A DNA stretch of 60,446 bases from an uncultured Erysipelotrichaceae bacterium. Its GTDB lineage: Bacteria; Bacillota_I; Bacilli_A; RFN20; CAG-826. The position numbers and the translations under genes are program-made. The notes under the pieces are model-generated. The model was not told where the DNA came from. It saw only the letters and a program-made list of their open reading frames with translations, and did not search any database. This document shows, piece by piece, positions 1-7,811 of the stretch (positions are counted from its first letter, which is position 1; every line of letters begins with the position of its first letter). Location of the stretch: positions 1 through 60,446 of the forward strand of contig CADBUF010000024.1 of the NCBI GenBank assembly GCA_902797795.1. Reading direction: 5' to 3'.

Positions 1-86
1 CGAATCCCTCTTATATTTTGCTCCCCACTCTAGTGAATGGTTTTATGGGAACTCCCCACTAATCCCCCACTTTAGTTAATAGAGCC

Positions 87-122
87 GGCCATTGTAATCA
101 GCGTTACAATGACCTATTTTTT
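87..122 (+). terminator. Rho-independent terminator-like hairpin
   Basis: Stem ggccattgtaa/ttacaatgacc (10 of 11 bp), loop tcagcg, then tatttttt on the + strand. It lies 15 nt beyond the stop of the convergent 137..2560 gene. Confidence 0.5.
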
Positions 123-136
123 AGATCAGAAATTTC

Positions 137-2560
137 TTATTTTCTTTTCTTCTTTTTGAGGATTAATAATGCGCCAAGAGAGGCAACACTAACAGCGGAA
201 ATAGTGATAATAACAATTAACATAACGTTGCTATCTGTGCTTAATTCAGGCATAGAATTACCAACTACTACAACGTCTTGATTCCAAATAAAGTCATTAA
301 ATTCAGCTGTGCCGTATTTATTAACAATGTAACGATATTTGGCAATCATTGTGCCTAATTTGCCTTCGCCTTCGTAATCAAATCCGGCATCATGAATTGT
401 TTTTTGATCAGCGGCGGATAATAACTTGAATGCAGAGCTTTGACGTGACCATTCACCCTTTAATTTAATGAGATAATCATCACTACCTAAGGTGTTACAA
501 ACAACAGAGAGATCGTTATCAAATTTGGTTAAGAAGTCATCTAAATCTGCTGGAGTATAACCATTTTTTTCAACGGATAAATAGTTACCGTCATTTGTAT
601 TGAGATAGATGTCGAAGCATCCGCCAGCGTTGAATTTAAGATTTCCATCTTCTTCAGTTATTTCAGCACTAATACCTTCTGCGATATGTAATTTTTCAGG
701 ATCAATCGCAATATAGCCTTGTGATGGATCTTCATAAACTGCATCACCAAAATGATAGAATTTAACTTCTGCATTAGCAGCAAGTTCAACACCAGCGAGA
801 ACATATGTTCCTGCTTCTCCGGCTTTTTCTGGAGCTTTAATACCGTGTTTAACGTTCCAACCACAATGTGTACCAACTAAATAGTAGCCTTCTAAATGTC
901 CGGCCCATAATTTACCTGTTTCACCTTCAATATTGAGATATAAGGATCCACTAAAATCTTGAGCAAAGACTAGTTTGTTTTCGACTAATTCAACGTTAGT
1001 ATATTGAACGTCTTCTTTTGGTTCGGCGGCATATGTTGTTTTTTCTTCATATGGTGATTCTGAAACTTTGAATGTTAATTCGTCACCTGCTTTAAACGAT
1101 AACGCGGCAGACATAACTTCTGTTTCACCGTTAGGTGTCATTTCAACATCAGCAGCACCATTTAAGGAATAATAATATTTTGGTGCTTGAACTGGTTCAG
1201 AATGATCGAAAACATATAATTTTCCATCTTTAGAAGCAAAGATATCAACGGCCTTTTCGGTTTCAGAAGAATAATTACCTTCATCACCTTCAGCACCATT
1301 GATTGAGAACCATGTATCAACACCACTTAAGTGGCTACGAACTTTGAATGATTCACCTACAGAGACAGTGTAATTTAATAATTTGGCGTAGTTTTGCTCA
1401 TCCTCTCCGCCAGTTAATTCTGTAGCACCAGCGTACTTCCATTCGCTCTTACTACCAACAATGTAATAACCATCATGTTCTGGAACGTCTGGATCTACTG
1501 GTTCTGGTTCACCATGCTTTTCAACAGCTAAATAGTTAGAATCTTCTGTGTTGAGATAAAGGTCAAAATGTCCACCAGAATTAAATTTTAAATTACCATA
1601 TTCTCCTTCGATTTCAGCGTCAACGCCTTCACCAATGAGTAATTTATCAGAATTAATATTAATTGCGGAAGCTTTTGTATCATCAACTTTATGAAAGAAT
1701 TTGACTTCTGCATTATCAGCCAATTCAATATCAATTACTTCAAATGTTCCTGGATCTTCAGATTGTTCTGATGCTTTTGCAGCGTGCTTAATGTTCCATC
1801 CACTGTAAGAACCATTGAGATAATATCCTTCAGCAAAATTGCCTGCCCATAATTTACCTGTTGCACCAGAAATGTCTAAATATAAGACACCAGTATAGTC
1901 TTGGACAAAAACTAATTCGTCATCAACTAATTCAACAGTAGTTTCGGCAGCATCATCTTTAGGATTAACAGTGTAACTTTCTGCTGCCTTCTTAAATGTT
2001 AATTTGTCTCCAACTTTAAATGATAACTCAGCTGATTTAACTTCGGATGCGTTATGAGGAAGCATTTCAACATCTTCAGCACCATTTAATGAGTAGTAAT
2101 ACTTAACTTCAGGTACTGGTTCAGTATCAGGATTGTAGTCAGCCCAACCAGATCCATAAACATAAACTTTGCCATTATATTCAGTAGCAAATGTCCAGCT
2201 TGAAATAGGTTGTTCTTGGCTCTTCCATGTTTCACCATCGTATAATTGGAATTGCATCACACCAACTCCATTATATAAATCGGTGTAATCGACGACATAC
2301 AACAATTTTCCATCTTGAGTGTTGTCACCATTTCTAGACATCGTATATTGCATCCAGTTTTCAGCGTCTCCTTGACGATTAATGTTTAACTTAACCGTAT
2401 AAGAACCAACGACATTAGATGGAACTGCGTAATAAACTCTCGTCTCTGTGGCAGCCCCGACTTCCTTAACACCTGCTTTGCTTTGATGTGCACCAACGGC
2501 TACACCAACACCTAAAACCATAGCAAAAGCAGTTGTTAATATAAGTGATTTTTTCTTCAT
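137..2560 (-). CDS. Surface-anchored repeat protein (signal peptide plus C-terminal TM anchor), putative alpha-glucan-binding or scaffold protein
   Basis: 807-aa ORF with GGAG before the ATG. N-terminal signal peptide MKKKSLILTTAFAMVLGVGVAVGA. C-terminal hydrophobic helix followed by KKKKRK. Internal ~200-aa duplication flanks one GYYIVGSK module like those in 2920..6816. No catalytic motif seen. Confidence 0.85.
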   Translation of the reverse strand: MKKKSLILTTAFAMVLGVGVAVGAHQSKAGVKEVGAATETRVYYAVPSNVVGSYTVKLNINRQGDAENWMQYTMSRNGDNTQDGKLLYVVDYTDLYNGVGVMQFQLYDGETWKSQEQPISSWTFATEYNGKVYVYGSGWADYNPDTEPVPEVKYYYSLNGAEDVEMLPHNASEVKSAELSFKVGDKLTFKKAAESYTVNPKDDAAETTVELVDDELVFVQDYTGVLYLDISGATGKLWAGNFAEGYYLNGSYSGWNIKHAAKASEQSEDPGTFEVIDIELADNAEVKFFHKVDDTKASAININSDKLLIGEGVDAEIEGEYGNLKFNSGGHFDLYLNTEDSNYLAVEKHGEPEPVDPDVPEHDGYYIVGSKSEWKYAGATELTGGEDEQNYAKLLNYTVSVGESFKVRSHLSGVDTWFSINGAEGDEGNYSSETEKAVDIFASKDGKLYVFDHSEPVQAPKYYYSLNGAADVEMTPNGETEVMSAALSFKAGDELTFKVSESPYEEKTTYAAEPKEDVQYTNVELVENKLVFAQDFSGSLYLNIEGETGKLWAGHLEGYYLVGTHCGWNVKHGIKAPEKAGEAGTYVLAGVELAANAEVKFYHFGDAVYEDPSQGYIAIDPEKLHIAEGISAEITEEDGNLKFNAGGCFDIYLNTNDGNYLSVEKNGYTPADLDDFLTKFDNDLSVVCNTLGSDDYLIKLKGEWSRQSSAFKLLSAADQKTIHDAGFDYEGEGKLGTMIAKYRYIVNKYGTAEFNDFIWNQDVVVVGNSMPELSTDSNVMLIVIITISAVSVASLGALLILKKKKRK
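560..1180 (-). repeat. Copy 2 of the ~200-aa composite coding repeat (aa 461-667 of the 807-aa protein)
   Basis: KYYYSLNGAADVEM...GKLWAGHLEGYYLVG...GNLKFNAGGCFDIYLNTNDGNYLSVEKNG aligns colinearly with aa 153-350. Confidence 0.85.
1511..2104 (-). repeat. Copy 1 of the ~200-aa composite coding repeat (aa 153-350)
   Basis: KYYYSLNGAEDVEM...GKLWAGNFAEGYYLNG...GNLKFNSGGHFDLYLNTEDSNYLAVEKHG. Confidence 0.85.
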
Positions 2561-2607
2561 ATTAAAAATCTCCTTTTTTATATTGATGTAAAAATTAATT
2601 CTTTTAT

Positions 2608-2636
2608 ATTATAAACCTCTAATTTATGTTGGACAA
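2608..2636 (-). promoter_or_regulatory. Sigma-A-type promoter for 137..2560
   Basis: Read on the minus strand: TTGTCC, 17 nt, TATAAT. It lies downstream of the 2661..2678 terminator hairpin and upstream of the GGAG RBS. Confidence 0.45.
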
Positions 2637-2654
2637 CTTTATTATATAAAGAAT

Positions 2655-2680
2655 GCAAAAGCAGGGCTTAAACCCTGCCT
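2655..2680 (-). terminator. Intrinsic terminator ending the amylase-pullulanase-adhesin transcription unit
   Basis: Hairpin gcaggg-cttaaa-ccctgc, followed on the minus strand by ttttgcattcttt. Confidence 0.6.
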
Positions 2681-2704
2681 ATATGCGTATAAATATGATA
2701 TTGA

Positions 2705-2902
2705 TTAATCGTCATCAATCATGTCGTAATATAACGCTTCTTTTATATAACGATCATCATTTTTATAAGGAATGACAACACCTCTTAGTTTTCTATTAAA
2801 TCTTACTGGGTTTGGTATGAAAAACCCAACAACGATGAATAGTAAGGCTGCCCAAATAGCGGAATAGCAGATTGTTAGAATAACAATAGTAGCGACTCGC
2901 AT
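2705..2902 (-). CDS. Small hydrophobic protein (65 aa), hypothetical
   Basis: One long hydrophobic stretch and an acidic C-terminus. Lies between the stop of the 1298-aa gene and the terminator. No clear SD. Confidence 0.3.
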   Translation of the reverse strand: MRVATIVILTICYSAIWAALLFIVVGFFIPNPVRFNRKLRGVVIPYKNDDRYIKEALYYDMIDDD

Positions 2903-2919
2903 ATTTGTTTTAAATGATA

Positions 2920-5900
2920 TTAAGCATGAAGGGCAACGTAGAAGAGAAGATTATTGCCTGACCATTTAACATAGATATCAATGGTAGCGTCCACTGTTAG
3001 GACGAAGTTACCATCACTATCTCTACTACCTAAACCCGCTATGGTGTCATTACCAGCTTGAGACCAGACATCTTCGTTCTTTTCAAGATTATGATATCTA
3101 ACCTTGATCTTTTCTCCAGCGGTAGCAGTATATCCTTTTAAAATAGCAATGTTACCATCTTTATCAACTTCAGAAAGTTCTGGAACCATAGTACTACCAG
3201 CGTATTTAAAGTTAGTTTTACTACCAACTAAATAATATCCAGTAACTGCAGGAACATCTGGTGCTTGATATTCGGCAACGTAGAACTTAAGGACATCGCC
3301 TTCATATTTCACAAAGACATTGATATTTGCGTCTTTGAGTAATTTGAAGTTACCATCATCATCAAGTTCACCTAAGCCTTCAACGGCGACTGTAGAACCC
3401 CATTTATCTTCAGATTTCTCTAAGTTATAGTAATGGACTTTGATGGTTTCATCTTTTTCTACCGCATGATTATATAGGATGGCGATATTTCCGTCCTTAT
3501 CAGCTTCGGAAAGTTCAGGAATCATAGTTGCGCCCGCAAACTTATAATCAGTCTTACTACCAACTAAGTAATAACCAGTAACTTCTGGAAGATCTTGCTC
3601 AGGTCCTGGACCTGGTTCTTGATATTCAGCGATGTAGAATTTAAGGGCATCGCCTTCATACTTAACAAATACGTTAATATGAGCATCTTTTAAGAACTTG
3701 AAGTTACCACTTTCATCGAGTTCGCCCAAACCTTCAACAGCGACTGTGGAACCCCACTTGTCTTCAGATTTCTCTAAATTATAATAGTGAACTTTGATGG
3801 TTTCATCTTTTTCAACAGAGTGCTTATAAAGGATAGCGATATTACCATCTTTATCAGCTTCAGAAAGTTCTGGAATAATTGGAGCGCCTAAGAATTTATA
3901 ATTGGTCTTGCTACCAACTAAGTAATATCCAGTAACTTCTGGTAAGTCTTCTTCTGGAGAAGGACCACTATGTTCAGCAACATAGAACATGAGTGTGTCA
4001 CCTTCCCATTTAACATAGATATCAATTGAAGCATCTTTAAGAAGGACGAAGTTACCCATATCATCAAGTTCACCTAAGCCTTCAACGGCGATAGTGCTTG
4101 ACCAATCGTCTTTGCCTTCTTCTAAGTTATAATAACGAACTTTAATGGCTTCATCTTTACTAGCTTCATAACCTTTTAAGATAGCGACGTTACCGTCTTT
4201 ATCTGGCTTATCTAATGAAGGAACTTCAGTAGAGTTCGCATATTTAAAGTTGTTCTTACTGCCAACAAGATAGTAACCATTATGTTCAGGAACATCTGGT
4301 TCAGTGTGTTCAGCGACATAGAATTCTAATTGTTCGCCTTCCCACTTCACATAGATATCAATATTTGCAGTAACAAGTAGTACAAAATTACCTTCATTAT
4401 CAACAGAGCCTAAACCTTCTGCTGGATGACCAAAGCCCCAAGCATCTTTACCTTCGCCTTCGTTGTAATAACGTGCTTTGATAATTTCACCGCTTGTTGC
4501 TGGATAGTTACGTAATACCGCAACATTACCATAGAAATCAGGATGTAATAATTCTGGGATTTCAGTAGCGCCTTTATATTTATAGTCTGTCTTACTTCCA
4601 ACAAGATAGTAACCATTATGATCTGGTACATCTACTGGGAATGAGCCTTCATAAACATTAACTTTAATTTCAAATGATTTAACAGTGTCGGTGACAGTGA
4701 TAATGACACTACCTTCAGCGTGACCAGTAACAGTAGCAATTCCGTTTTCACTAACAGTGACGCTAGCGATTAATGGGTTATTGCTTTCAACGATTAAGTG
4801 GTCAGCTAACCAGTTATGGATTTCAAATGTTTCTTCTTCTCCTGCTAATACTTCTAAATATGTCTTAGAAACATTTAAGGAGCCATCTTCAAGATAGAAT
4901 TGATAGAAACCATCATCATATTGTTTAGCGTAAATATTGTAATAACCAGTACTCATGACTTTGACGTTAGCGTCTCTAGCAGTACTTGTAAAGGCAAGTA
5001 AGCCATTAGCAAACGCACCAGCATTTTGTACATGTTCACGATCTGGATCGCTTTCTTCATATCTTTGAATCCAGCTACTATCATCAGAAACAGCGGAATC
5101 AACAGTGTTATGGACGTAGAACTTGAATTCATCGCCAGCGGTTAAATACATGGTGACAGAAGATTGAATGTAGCCTTCTCCAGTGTCACTCATATCGCCA
5201 AACTTATAAGCGTATTTAGCTTGTGTCCAAGCATCATATTCACTAGTAGCAGCACTGACTTCAAGAGGTTTAGAGAAGTTCTTATTACCTCTTAAATAGA
5301 CGTGCGCGTATTCGAATAAGACTGGACGTTCTTTAATTGTAAGAGTATGTGTGTTAGTTGCTAAACCACAGCTAGCGGTAATAATGACTGGTCCAAAGTC
5401 TAAAGGAGTAACAGTAACCTTGTTACCATCTTCTTGTAACAAGACTTTAGAAGCAGGGTTAGCAGTCCAAGTAACTGTCTTGTCAGAAATATTTTCTGGA
5501 ATGAGATTAGCAGTTAAAACAACTGGATCATCATCGAGATACATCTCTTTAGTACCAGAAATAGAAATAGAAGTACAATAGAATTCAACATTAACAGTAA
5601 TAGAAGCACTGATTTCGACATCATCTCTACCTAATGTTGAAATTTTAATAGTTGTAGATCCTGGACCTTTAGCGGTGATTAAACCAGTTAATGGGTCAAC
5701 AGTTGCTACTTTATCATTTAAGGTTGAATACATGGCGTTCATCTTACTTGGGTTATGTCCACCATTTTCATCATCATAAGAGATGACTAATTGATATTCA
5801 GCTTTTGCATCACTAGCATTAGAAAGATTAATTTCATCACCGATAACGTCTTCAATATGAATTGCGGTTGCATATACTTGATAGACATCTAAGGTGAATT

Positions 5901-6816
5901 CTTCGGAATCTTCTTCACAGTGAGCTTTGAATTTAGCTTCACCTTCTTTAATACCAGTAACAAGACCATTTTCATCGATTGTGGCAATTTCTGGAGTTAA
6001 AGCAGTATAAGAAATACCTTCAGTAGAAATAGCTTTTGCATTAGCAGGTAAAACTTCACAATCAAGTTGGACACTCTTACCAACTTCAACTTTGTCAGTT
6101 TCACAAGAAAGTGTCACACTTTCAACGTGAACGGTACGGTCTTTAATATCAAAAGTAAATTCAACAGGTTCTTGATTTGGTAAATAATCACTACTAACAG
6201 TGACTGTTACTGTGCCTTCTTCACCTTTAGTAGTAACAGTATTGCTACTAATAGAGATAAGAGAATCGCCACCTTCACTAATTTCATATTTAAGAATATT
6301 TTGTGTGGTATCTATTGGTTCAAAAGCGACATCGAATTCATAAGAGGAATTCAAATCTAAATCAGTAGTAGGAGCACTAATAGTGAATGATTTGATTCTT
6401 TTGATAACTTCAACACTGGATTTAATGGCATCAAATCCGCCTTTAGCGTCACTAACGATAACATTAGTTTTACCAGCGCTGACCGCGGTTAATAAGCCAT
6501 CATCCGTAATTGAAGCAATATTTGGATTTTCAACTTCCCACACTAAAGAGGAAAGATCCGCATCTTTTGGATGAACGGAATAAGTATATTGATAGCTAGA
6601 TGGGTGAGACTCATCATTACTTTCGTCTGGAACATATAAAGTAACATTCTTCTTATCTAATAAAAATTCAGAAATAGGAAGAGAATATTCGCTCCATTCT
6701 TCAGTAATGATACTACTACTTACTCTAGCGTTCTCTTGTAAAGAAGAACCTCCGCAAGAAGTTAATGCTAAAGAAAGAGCAGCTAAAGGAATAAGGAATT
6801 TAAATTTAGTTCTCAT
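2920..6816 (-). CDS. Giant non-catalytic surface lipoprotein: multiple Big_2 Ig-like domains plus five tandem GYYLVGSK modules
   Basis: 1298-aa ORF. Lipobox LALTS|C. AAGGAG RBS. Start overlaps the upstream stop (ATGA). Several Big_2-like segments (e.g. VTLSCETDKVEVGKSVQLDCEVLPANA). C-terminal 570 aa is a 5-unit tandem repeat. No GH13 or other enzyme motifs seen. Confidence 0.9.
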   Translation of the reverse strand: MRTKFKFLIPLAALSLALTSCGGSSLQENARVSSSIITEEWSEYSLPISEFLLDKKNVTLYVPDESNDESHPSSYQYTYSVHPKDADLSSLVWEVENPNIASITDDGLLTAVSAGKTNVIVSDAKGGFDAIKSSVEVIKRIKSFTISAPTTDLDLNSSYEFDVAFEPIDTTQNILKYEISEGGDSLISISSNTVTTKGEEGTVTVTVSSDYLPNQEPVEFTFDIKDRTVHVESVTLSCETDKVEVGKSVQLDCEVLPANAKAISTEGISYTALTPEIATIDENGLVTGIKEGEAKFKAHCEEDSEEFTLDVYQVYATAIHIEDVIGDEINLSNASDAKAEYQLVISYDDENGGHNPSKMNAMYSTLNDKVATVDPLTGLITAKGPGSTTIKISTLGRDDVEISASITVNVEFYCTSISISGTKEMYLDDDPVVLTANLIPENISDKTVTWTANPASKVLLQEDGNKVTVTPLDFGPVIITASCGLATNTHTLTIKERPVLFEYAHVYLRGNKNFSKPLEVSAATSEYDAWTQAKYAYKFGDMSDTGEGYIQSSVTMYLTAGDEFKFYVHNTVDSAVSDDSSWIQRYEESDPDREHVQNAGAFANGLLAFTSTARDANVKVMSTGYYNIYAKQYDDGFYQFYLEDGSLNVSKTYLEVLAGEEETFEIHNWLADHLIVESNNPLIASVTVSENGIATVTGHAEGSVIITVTDTVKSFEIKVNVYEGSFPVDVPDHNGYYLVGSKTDYKYKGATEIPELLHPDFYGNVAVLRNYPATSGEIIKARYYNEGEGKDAWGFGHPAEGLGSVDNEGNFVLLVTANIDIYVKWEGEQLEFYVAEHTEPDVPEHNGYYLVGSKNNFKYANSTEVPSLDKPDKDGNVAILKGYEASKDEAIKVRYYNLEEGKDDWSSTIAVEGLGELDDMGNFVLLKDASIDIYVKWEGDTLMFYVAEHSGPSPEEDLPEVTGYYLVGSKTNYKFLGAPIIPELSEADKDGNIAILYKHSVEKDETIKVHYYNLEKSEDKWGSTVAVEGLGELDESGNFKFLKDAHINVFVKYEGDALKFYIAEYQEPGPGPEQDLPEVTGYYLVGSKTDYKFAGATMIPELSEADKDGNIAILYNHAVEKDETIKVHYYNLEKSEDKWGSTVAVEGLGELDDDGNFKLLKDANINVFVKYEGDVLKFYVAEYQAPDVPAVTGYYLVGSKTNFKYAGSTMVPELSEVDKDGNIAILKGYTATAGEKIKVRYHNLEKNEDVWSQAGNDTIAGLGSRDSDGNFVLTVDATIDIYVKWSGNNLLFYVALHA
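2923..4632 (-). repeat. Five tandem coding repeats of 336-354 nt (112-118 aa)
   Basis: Unit boundaries are ~4632/4296/3954/3600/3258/2923. Each unit runs D(V/L)P..(N/T)GYYLVGSK...GNF.LL.DA.I.(I/V)(Y/F)VK(W/Y)EGD.L.FY(V/I)AE. Units 3 and 4 are ~90 % identical in protein and roughly 85 % in DNA by eye. Confidence 0.9.
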
Positions 6817-7796
6817 TTGTTAAATTCTCCTTGTGGGACATCGGCCCAAATTCCATAGATAAAGACGAAGTCATTAGTAGTACCAACACAATATGTTGAT
6901 AAATCAATTAGGTCATCTTTAGTATCAATAATTGAGTGATCACTCCATCCGATGAAATATGGGAAATCATCAGTTGGGGCAGTTGTAGGAGTAGCAGGAA
7001 CTTTTCCACTTTCAGCAATTGGACGAGTTTGATACCACTTAAAGGAAGCAAGCATTCTTGTTCCGGTGGTGTCATCTTCATCAGCGAGGTTATAGTTGAT
7101 AAAGAAGACAACCCAAGCGTTCATTTCTTCGTCTTCATCACCAGGTCCGCCTCCTCCATTAGGAATAACAGTAATGGTACAAGTTGCGACTTTTCCATTA
7201 GCAGTAGCGGTAACAATAGCGGTGCCATCGGCATCAGCGATGACACGTCCACTATTATCAACACGAATAATGCTGGAATTTGTCGTATAAGTAACATCGG
7301 CAGGTTCACTTGTGGTGGCGACTAATAAATATTCTTCACCAATCATCATCGTGTGTGAGCTAGCGTTTAATCTAATAGTAAATTCATCAGGATCTTCTGG
7401 AATTTCTGGATCCACTGGATCAACTGGGCTATCTGGTTTAGGAACATAAATTGTACAAGCGGCAGATTTGTAACCAACCATCAATGTAATTACACAAGTT
7501 CCTCCACCCATCGCAGTAACAAAGCCATTATCAATAGTAGCAACTCTAGTATTACTACTTCTCCATAAAACGCCAGCGGCCACAGGTGTATCACCTACAT
7601 ATGTAATAATAGGATTAAGAGTAAAGCTCTCACCAATTGAAAGAGTCATGAAGTTGACATCAAATTCAACTTTTTCGACCATCGCATCGTTTACATTTAC
7701 TTCATTTGCGGTATCTTTTAAAACTGTGCCACAAGAAGCTAAAGGCGATAATAGAAGTAAAGAAGATAAGAATAATAATTTAGTGTTTTTCATCAT
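6813..7796 (-). CDS. Surface lipoprotein with two Big_2-like domains and a Listeria-Bacteroides-repeat-like C-terminus
   Basis: 327 aa. Lipobox SPLAS|C. GGAGG RBS. Pro/Asp-rich linker PVDPVDPEIPEDP. C-terminal FIGW...FIYGIW pattern. Confidence 0.85.
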   Translation of the reverse strand: MMKNTKLLFLSSLLLLSPLASCGTVLKDTANEVNVNDAMVEKVEFDVNFMTLSIGESFTLNPIITYVGDTPVAAGVLWRSSNTRVATIDNGFVTAMGGGTCVITLMVGYKSAACTIYVPKPDSPVDPVDPEIPEDPDEFTIRLNASSHTMMIGEEYLLVATTSEPADVTYTTNSSIIRVDNSGRVIADADGTAIVTATANGKVATCTITVIPNGGGGPGDEDEEMNAWVVFFINYNLADEDDTTGTRMLASFKWYQTRPIAESGKVPATPTTAPTDDFPYFIGWSDHSIIDTKDDLIDLSTYCVGTTNDFVFIYGIWADVPQGEFNK

Positions 7797-7811
7797 CGTT
7801 TCCTCCTATTA

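Noticed and set aside
1-30. T-loop-like CGAATCCCTC at the window edge, suggesting the 3' end of a + strand tRNA.
   Set aside because: The would-be acceptor 3' strand (ttatatt) is AT-only and no CCA follows. It is more likely the coding tail of an upstream gene.
2923-4632. A regularly spaced ~340-nt repeat array; checked as a possible CRISPR or satellite.
   Set aside because: The units are contiguous, in-frame coding repeats of one long ORF. There are no short direct repeats with unique spacers. No CRISPR array is present anywhere in the window.
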